Virus record (IMG/VR): IMGVR_UViG_3300028048_000107 | Span: 1-12,253 of that record | Strand: one strand, 5' to 3' | Length of the DNA stretch: 12,253 nt | From: a virus | Taxonomy: Duplodnaviria > Heunggongvirae > Uroviricota > Caudoviricetes | Shown: one piece after another, positions 6,962 through 12,253 of the stretch | Numbering within the stretch: the stretch's first letter is position 1 | Layout: every line of letters starts with the position of its first letter | Made by a program: the position numbers and the translations under genes | Notes under the pieces: model-generated | The model's database searches: none | Told to the model about the DNA's origin: nothing | Seen by the model: only the letters and a program-made list of their open reading frames with translations

Positions 6962-7120
6962 TCAATCCTCCAATTCATTCATTTTAAGTAGTATAAGACA
7001 ATTACAGTCCAATACGAGTACTTCCACTAATCCATCTGATCTATGGGCATTTACTATCTTACATCGCTTACCATTATATTCTTGATATTCTTTTTTATTT
7101 GTTCTTATAGTGAATTCCAA
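6962..7120 (-). CDS. Small SH3-like hypothetical protein (52 aa), absent from the supplied ORF track
   Basis: GGAGGGG RBS, 6-nt spacer, TTG at 7120; translation MEFTIRTNKKEYQEYNGKRCKIVNAHRSDGLVEVLVLDCNCLILLKMNELED*, TGA ending at 6962; fills the otherwise empty gap. Confidence 0.78.
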   Translation of the reverse strand: MEFTIRTNKKEYQEYNGKRCKIVNAHRSDGLVEVLVLDCNCLILLKMNELED

Positions 7121-7143
7121 GTTTAGCCCCTCCCCTAAGTAGA

Positions 7144-7686
7144 TTACAGTCCCTTAAAAACATAATCAGGAGGAACTGAATGTTCTATAGGATCTATAAT
7201 AACATCTTTTTTAGCCAATTCAGCCCAATATGCATACTGCCTAGCCTTTTCTTTTTCTTTCTCTACAGATTCACTTTTCTTATGTGACATTCGCATAGAA
7301 TATTTAATGAAATTACCTATTAAAAATCCATAAAACTGCTCCTTAGACATAATTCTTTGCATCACCTGTATTGGTTGAAGTGCTGAATTTTGATAATGTT
7401 CTTGTTTTGCAGATACTCCGCAATTGGCACTAGATGTTTTTCTTGCAAATAAAGGAGTAAACATTTCTTCTGTCCAAAAATGTATTCCAGAGTCAATATC
7501 TAATCTATAAACATATATTTCTTCAACATCATCATATTCTACAGATGTAATGCAAGCTTCTGTTCTTGCATAATTACACATACCACTAGAAACTCTAGGA
7601 GTAAAGTTATCAATATCTTTAATTCTAACATAGTCTCCTATCTTATATTTATAGGATTCTGATTTAATGTCAAGAATTTTGTCCAT
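7144..7686 (-). CDS. DUF3310 (SaV-like) domain protein with N-terminal SH3-like domain
   Basis: C-terminal HYQNSALQPIQVM...FYGFLIGNFIKYSMR..K....EKEKEKARQY matches the DUF3310 pattern; N-terminal YKIGDYVRIK...EACITSV...YRLDID...FWTEEMF is SH3/YorP-like; GGAGG RBS. Confidence 0.82.
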   Translation of the reverse strand: MDKILDIKSESYKYKIGDYVRIKDIDNFTPRVSSGMCNYARTEACITSVEYDDVEEIYVYRLDIDSGIHFWTEEMFTPLFARKTSSANCGVSAKQEHYQNSALQPIQVMQRIMSKEQFYGFLIGNFIKYSMRMSHKKSESVEKEKEKARQYAYWAELAKKDVIIDPIEHSVPPDYVFKGL

Positions 7687-8377
7687 TGTATACCTCCATA
7701 ACCTCTTTTAATGTTGGTGCTTTTCCACAAGACATCTTACCTTCAGGACAATAACCTAAAGATATACAAGATGCTCCTGCATTCTTAAAAATAATAGGTG
7801 ATGCTTCTTTACAAAGTCTAAGCATTTCATTAGCTACTACTCTAAATTCATATTGAGCACGATTACAACATCTTAAATTAAAAATATGAAACAATTCTTG
7901 TGCATTTACTGTAGTAATGATTTTTGTTTCACATGCATTAGGAAGAACTGACCTAGCATCTTCTTTTTTAAAACCTGCATCTACAAGTCTTTTATAGAAT
8001 CCTGCAATATTCTGCATAAAGGATTCATATTCAGAAGCCATATTAGAATTAGCTATCGCTTTTGGTACAATATACTGAAAATTTTCTTCATTAACATATC
8101 TTTGACTACGTTGATCTAGAGTTAACCCTACATGATGCCGACAAAATTGGTGACTGAAAGCCCTAGATACTCCTTCTATAGCAAAGGTAAAATATATCTG
8201 AGTAAAAGGACTTGCATGCCCACTTTCGGCTAAATCTTCAACTAAAGCTTTAATTTTCTCCCATGTAAGATTTTCCATTAAGGTTTCTATATTTACTGTA
8301 TTTGCATAACAAAGTCTTGCAGCTGATGCAACAATAAGTTCTGGTTCTGGTGTATGTGTTAATAAAATTACCCTCAT
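7670..8377 (-). CDS. thyX: FAD-dependent thymidylate synthase ThyX (235 aa)
   Basis: MRVILLTHTPEPE..VASAARLCY, GHASPF, FAIEGVSRAFSHQFCRHH...QRSQRYV, EDARSVLPNA, RAQYEFR, C-terminal GASC...CPEGKMSCG. True start ATG 8377 (GAGG RBS); the 8518 extension overlaps another gene. Confidence 0.92.
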   Translation of the reverse strand: MRVILLTHTPEPELIVASAARLCYANTVNIETLMENLTWEKIKALVEDLAESGHASPFTQIYFTFAIEGVSRAFSHQFCRHHVGLTLDQRSQRYVNEENFQYIVPKAIANSNMASEYESFMQNIAGFYKRLVDAGFKKEDARSVLPNACETKIITTVNAQELFHIFNLRCCNRAQYEFRVVANEMLRLCKEASPIIFKNAGASCISLGYCPEGKMSCGKAPTLKEVMEVYNGQNS

Positions 8378-8381
8378 ATTT

Positions 8382-8654
8382 TTATTCCTCATCTTTAGAT
8401 AGAACAAGCATAAAGCTATTTGCTTCAAAATACATAACAACTCTACCATATTTGGAATGGATAAAATACCACCAATAGTCCATAGAATTATTATCATAAA
8501 CATCTTCTGTAAAACCATTACCCATTAACACTTCTCTTAAATTATAAGGAGAAATGCTTGTTCCTGTAAAGTTGACAGGTTCAAAATCTGTTAAAAACTT
8601 ATCTAAAGTAGTTTGTACAAAGTTTCTTTCTTCTTCAGTCAATATATATCTCAC
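8382..8654 (-). CDS. Hypothetical protein (90 aa)
   Basis: ATGA overlap with the upstream gene (8651-8654); ends 4 nt before the thyX start. Confidence 0.8.
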   Translation of the reverse strand: MRYILTEEERNFVQTTLDKFLTDFEPVNFTGTSISPYNLREVLMGNGFTEDVYDNNSMDYWWYFIHSKYGRVVMYFEANSFMLVLSKDEE

Positions 8655-9130
8655 TTAAAACCCTCCAAAAAATCATCTATCTTTTTATAGTCCTTAAATA
8701 ATTCAGTTGGTTTCTTATCTGCTATACGAGCTTTAATCATTTCGTAAACATGGTCTAATTTTTCAGAAATTTCTTTAGCTTCTAGAGGCATTTTAATTGA
8801 GTAATCAGTAACAAGTTCAAACATGTGTGCTAATTTACTGGTATATGCCAATGGCGTATAGCTAGGTTTTCCATCCGCAGATTTCTTAGCTTCAGCTAAA
8901 GCATACCCAACCCCTCCCCCATAAACATATATAAACAAAGGATACTCAAGAGGAATACATCTAGTAGGATAAGGGTGCTTTTTCTTAGATGGAGAACTAT
9001 GCTCCTTTTCTAAAATTTCAGCAACCCTCTCCCTAGAGCCTGTAGCTTTTTTAATTTTTTTAACAGGGTTAGCTACATTACCCTTTTCTTTCATTATTGT
9101 TTTGCTAGTTTTTGACCCCTTTCTCGGCAT
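8651..9130 (-). CDS. Hypothetical protein with Lys/Arg-rich N-terminal tail (159 aa)
   Basis: AAGGGGG RBS; basic, probably disordered N-terminus (MPRKGSKTSKTIMKEKGNVANPVKKIKK) followed by a globular segment. Confidence 0.8.
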   Translation of the reverse strand: MPRKGSKTSKTIMKEKGNVANPVKKIKKATGSRERVAEILEKEHSSPSKKKHPYPTRCIPLEYPLFIYVYGGGVGYALAEAKKSADGKPSYTPLAYTSKLAHMFELVTDYSIKMPLEAKEISEKLDHVYEMIKARIADKKPTELFKDYKKIDDFLEGFK

Positions 9131-10028
9131 TATTAAGCCCCCTTATGAAATTAAACATATCATCAACACTGCGATTTTTAATATCATATGTAAAGTTAGA
9201 TGTAGAACTCTTAGCAAATTTATTATTGACAAGATCTACATAGAATGTAAATGAACCATCATCACCTTGATACATAGTTTCCCACTCATCTTCACTAAGC
9301 ATAGATTTAATATCTAATTGCTTACAAGCAAGAGTATCAAAACCAATACCTTTAAATTCTCCGTAAAAAGCTTTGGTTCTTAAATACTTCTTTAAGAAAT
9401 CTTGATTATCAGCAATAAGCCTATTCATATGCTCATAATACTCTTTACCACGACCTATATTTTTATATCCTAGTATTAAAAGATTTAAATCTCTAGAAGC
9501 TAAATGATATAGATCTTCTTCACTAAATATACCTGCAACTACATGAATAACTACATTTTCTACTTTTGATAGGCATAAAAAGAACTCCCCTTCGTATTTC
9601 TTATAAGAAATACCAATGCCATGAATAAGTCCATTTTCTTGCCAATCAACTAATGTTTGTAAATTATACATAAATTGATTTTGATTTACTGTGATGTTAG
9701 CAAATACTTTTTGAGCTTTAAGCATTTCTAAAAATGGTAGTAATGTAGGGTTATCTAAATCATTTCCATTTAATGCAAGCTCTGTATATGGGTGCAATGA
9801 CGGAATAAAAGTATTCACTACATAATCAGATATTAAATCTGCATGTTTACCTTTTGGTGTACAACCCAAATAGCAAAAATTACACGATTGACTACACTTC
9901 TGTGTTATAGAAACATCCATACTTTCTGCAAAGGAAGGATGAAAATCATCCTCCTTTGAGATTCTAATTTTAGTACCTGTATTTTCGTCTATACTTACAT
10001 AGACATTGCCATTCTTGTACTTTACCAT
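9105..10028 (-). CDS. Radical SAM enzyme (phage family starting YKNGN...GTKIR), no SPASM/twitch domain
   Basis: CxxxCxxC motif KCSQSCNFCY preceded by DVSIT; ELALNG (the usual GGE position is altered), NITVNQ, GIGIS, VIHVVAG, LLILGYK barrel strands; only three Cys outside the triad. Confidence 0.92.
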   Translation of the reverse strand: MVKYKNGNVYVSIDENTGTKIRISKEDDFHPSFAESMDVSITQKCSQSCNFCYLGCTPKGKHADLISDYVVNTFIPSLHPYTELALNGNDLDNPTLLPFLEMLKAQKVFANITVNQNQFMYNLQTLVDWQENGLIHGIGISYKKYEGEFFLCLSKVENVVIHVVAGIFSEEDLYHLASRDLNLLILGYKNIGRGKEYYEHMNRLIADNQDFLKKYLRTKAFYGEFKGIGFDTLACKQLDIKSMLSEDEWETMYQGDDGSFTFYVDLVNNKFAKSSTSNFTYDIKNRSVDDMFNFIRGLNNAEKGVKN

Positions 10029-10558
10029 GGAAGCACTTCTTTCTCTACTTCAAATTTAAGATCTCTTTTCATGTCATTAAAGATACAATACTCATCACCA
10101 TCAATAATTACAATATATTTAGGTGTGAAAATAAAATCTTCTAAAGTAACATTTTCTTCGCTTAAGAATTTTTGAAGTAATCCTTCTGATTGATGGTCTA
10201 CATAACCAAAAGGATACCATGTATCTTCTGGATCTGGAAGTTCAATATGGTCAAAATTTTTTACATGCTTTTTAATAATAGCTTCAAGCTTAGAAATAAA
10301 TTCTTTAGCTTCTTCATTATCTTTATTATATTCTTGACAATAAGATGCAATAGCGTAAGCTACTTTACTACGCCAAGTATTTAAAAATTGAAACGGATAA
10401 CGACTAAACTCTAAATCATCGTCAGAAAAATGTAATGTACCTCCATAATACACTTTAAGTTCTTTTTCATCATAACTATCATTATTCTTAGTAATAATAA
10501 TAGAGTGCATAGAAGATGAATTTGTTTCAAACATACCTTTTCTGATTGTTAATTTCAT
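10022..10558 (-). CDS. FETNSSSxH-motif protein (178 aa), radical SAM partner of unknown function
   Basis: N-terminal IRKGMFETNSSSMHSIII, internal GYVDHQS, C-terminal IVIIDGDE; its stop overlaps the radical SAM start (ATGGTAA, 10022-10028). Confidence 0.85.
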   Translation of the reverse strand: MKLTIRKGMFETNSSSMHSIIITKNNDSYDEKELKVYYGGTLHFSDDDLEFSRYPFQFLNTWRSKVAYAIASYCQEYNKDNEEAKEFISKLEAIIKKHVKNFDHIELPDPEDTWYPFGYVDHQSEGLLQKFLSEENVTLEDFIFTPKYIVIIDGDEYCIFNDMKRDLKFEVEKEVLPW

Positions 10559-10767
10559 AACTTATACCCCATTTCTGTAAGAATTTTATTAACATTTACT
10601 GTTGTTACATCTAACCCTTTTTTTGAACGACTCCATTCTCCATCTTTCATGAAATATTCATCAGCAAAAGGAGCTAGAATCTTAAATAGATTACCTTCTG
10701 TAATTAGAATATCGGCTGGTAATACTAATCCTACTTGTCTTACCACAGATGGTTTATAAACTAACAC
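10555..10767 (-). CDS. Hypothetical protein (70 aa), first gene after the promoter
   Basis: GTG start with GAGGTGA RBS; ATGA overlap with the FETNSSS gene. Confidence 0.8.
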   Translation of the reverse strand: MLVYKPSVVRQVGLVLPADILITEGNLFKILAPFADEYFMKDGEWSRSKKGLDVTTVNVNKILTEMGYKL

Positions 10768-10788
10768 TATTAATCACCTCACAAAAAG

Positions 10789-10817
10789 AGTATAGCATAT
10801 TTTAATGGATTTGTCAA
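10789..10817 (-). promoter_or_regulatory. sigma70/sigmaA promoter with extended -10, heading the radical SAM/thyX operon
   Basis: Minus strand TTGACA (10817-10812), 17-nt spacer aatccattaaaatatgc, TATACT (10794-10789); TG at the extended position. Confidence 0.88.
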
Positions 10818-10825
10818 GAGGAAAT

Positions 10826-11953
10826 TTAATCCTCACAGAGCTTCTTTTCTAATTTTTCTCGCAATTCTTTATAAAAATCTTCATGATTTTTTAAATATTC
10901 CATAGCTTTTGCTTTACCTTGAAATTTAAGTGGGTTATCTTCTGAATCTGTAATAACTTCTTCATTGTTATCTAAAAAGGAATACCATGCTCCACCTTTT
11001 TCAATAAGCCCATAAGTAACCCCCATCTCAAAAGTATCGTTATAACCGTCAATACCACAGTCATAAGAAATACTATATTTACTTACCCTCCTGTCTGGTA
11101 GAGTTGCTTTATTCTTTAATAACTCTACTTCAGCATAATTACCATAAGCTTCTTCTGCATGGGAAGTTAGCTCTTTATAGTTTTTATCATATAGTTTACC
11201 CTTACGAATTAACATTCTAAGGGAACATGTATGCTTAAACATACGACCACCTGGCGATATGACTTGATGATAGCCTGACAGGTCATCTCTACACTGATTA
11301 ACTCCTATAAACATACAACCATACTTATTACATAGAGGTAATAATTTAGAACAGAATGTAGATAGGGGGGCAGATATGCCACAATAGCTCTTATCTTCCA
11401 TAGTTTTCTCTGCTACACTTTTTGGAACAAGAGCTGGTATGGAATCCAATATCACACAACCTACTCCATCACTATCAATAAGTTCTAATAATATTTGAAA
11501 TAACTGTTCAGCAGTTTGATTCTCTGGGGCAATAAAGATAAGATCATCTACATCAACACCATTCTTATACATCCAATCTTCATCACTTGAGAACTCACTA
11601 TCAAGATATACAACTTTTTTATATCCTCGATCTTTAAGATATGCTAGTCTTTCTTTTTCTTCTTTATTAGGCTTTTCTTTTGCTTCTAATTCGGCAACCT
11701 CATTATCATGTTCTTGCTTTAGTACTTTTTGAGCACTTCCACAAATAGAATAGCATAAAGTGGATTTGCCAGCAGAGGGCATACCCAAAATTTCTACTAC
11801 AGTTCTAGGCATACCACCCCTAAAAAGAAATGTAAGAGCAGGACTCACAAGAGGAATACGAGCATAGTTACGCTTTTTAATGTCTGCTCTACCTACCATA
11901 TTAAAACCATATTTTTTATTTACATTTTTAATAACTTCGTCTAATTTACTCAT
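10826..11953 (-). CDS. recA: RecA-like recombinase (phage RecA/UvsX type)
   Basis: Walker A GMPSAGKST, VVYLDSE, PENQTAEQ, Walker B CVILDSIPAL, FIGVNQCR, SPGGRMFKH...LR, KNK, I.YD.GID..., GLIEKGGAWYS; 375 aa. Confidence 0.93.
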   Translation of the reverse strand: MSKLDEVIKNVNKKYGFNMVGRADIKKRNYARIPLVSPALTFLFRGGMPRTVVEILGMPSAGKSTLCYSICGSAQKVLKQEHDNEVAELEAKEKPNKEEKERLAYLKDRGYKKVVYLDSEFSSDEDWMYKNGVDVDDLIFIAPENQTAEQLFQILLELIDSDGVGCVILDSIPALVPKSVAEKTMEDKSYCGISAPLSTFCSKLLPLCNKYGCMFIGVNQCRDDLSGYHQVISPGGRMFKHTCSLRMLIRKGKLYDKNYKELTSHAEEAYGNYAEVELLKNKATLPDRRVSKYSISYDCGIDGYNDTFEMGVTYGLIEKGGAWYSFLDNNEEVITDSEDNPLKFQGKAKAMEYLKNHEDFYKELREKLEKKLCED

Positions 11954-12253
11954 ATATCCTCCTTTACTTTACTTAATCTAGCTTTAGCAATATTAAAATA
12001 TTCTAATTCTTTTTCTATACCAATAAACCCAAATCCTTCTAAAATACAAGCTATTCCAGTAGTACCACTTCCCATAAAAGGGTCTAATACAATTCCATTA
12101 TAGGGTGTCACTAATTTTACTAAATATCTCATTAAAGATATTGGCTTTACTGTTACATGATTATTGCCTTTTGGTAAATTCTCACAGCCCATATTCTTTT
12201 CAGATTTAGAAGCCTTAGAGCAATAAAAGAAACGAGAAATACCACCCTCATCA
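11950..12253 (-). CDS. DNA methyltransferase, N4-C/N6-A family, C-terminal part (5' end outside window)
   Basis: HVTVKPISLMRYLV...IVLDPFMGSGTTG...FIGIE (SAM-binding motif). The frame stays open upstream of ATG 12192 to the window edge, reading DEGGISRFFYCSKASKSEKN, a segment typical of these phage methylases. Confidence 0.9.
   Translation of the reverse strand, partial: DEGGISRFFYCSKASKSEKNMGCENLPKGNNHVTVKPISLMRYLVKLVTPYNGIVLDPFMGSGTTGIACILEGFGFIGIEKELEYFNIAKARLSKVKEDI

Noticed and set aside
8378-8518. 47-aa N-terminal extension of ThyX (MVLQKMFMIIILWTIGG...)
   Set aside because: Overlaps the 8382-8654 gene in another frame; ThyX homology and a GAGG RBS begin at ATG 8377.
9105-10028. Viperin, QueE or NrdG assignment for the radical SAM enzyme
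   Set aside because: Family-specific motifs were not recognised (no viperin NYHF...CFH context, no QueE F.R..GC.L.C.WCDT motif, and it is longer than NrdG with no NrdD in the window); left unassigned.
3520-10360. Other TTGACA hexamers (about 3541-3546 and 7667-7672 on minus; about 8572, 9227 and 10334 on plus)
   Set aside because: No acceptable -10 hexamer at 16-18 nt spacing; they lie within coding sequence.
10190-10384. Plus-strand 64-aa hydrophobic ORF
   Set aside because: Antisense to the FETNSSS gene; its F/I-rich composition is what the reverse complement of A-rich codons produces.
11950-12192. Stand-alone 80-aa methyltransferase fragment or pseudogene
   Set aside because: The frame is open to the window edge and continues with methylase-like sequence (GGISRFFYCSKASK), so the short length is a window artefact.
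1-12253. CRISPR array, tRNA, rRNA, intron, intein or transposase
   Set aside because: No regularly spaced direct repeats, cloverleaf, interrupted core gene or transposase motif seen by eye; RecA, ThyX and the radical SAM gene are continuous.

Overview
AT-rich bacteriophage (or prophage) DNA, probably from a low-GC Bacillota host (strong GGAGG/GAGGTGA ribosome-binding sites, sigma70/sigmaA-type promoters). All credible genes are densely packed on the minus strand, forming a replication/recombination/nucleotide-metabolism region. Recognisable genes: the C-terminal part of an N4/N6 DNA methyltransferase (cut by the right window edge), a RecA-like recombinase with a charged insertion, a radical SAM enzyme translationally coupled to a 'FETNSSSxH'-motif protein, a ThyX with a non-canonical signature, a DUF3310/SaV-like protein, a PD-(D/E)xK resolvase-like nuclease, an NYN/PIN-like RNase, a dCMP/cytidine deaminase, a DHH-DHHA1 phosphoesterase and a phage Dam-like N6-adenine methyltransferase. 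Many small hypothetical genes lie between them, including two sets of apparent paralogs and several SH3-like modules. Three near-consensus promoters sharing CTTGACAAAT...TGn-TA(T/A)A(C/A)T and one intrinsic terminator divide the region. The best candidate for an undescribed system is the radical SAM + FETNSSS-protein pair. All family assignments come from motifs read by eye; no database searches were run.
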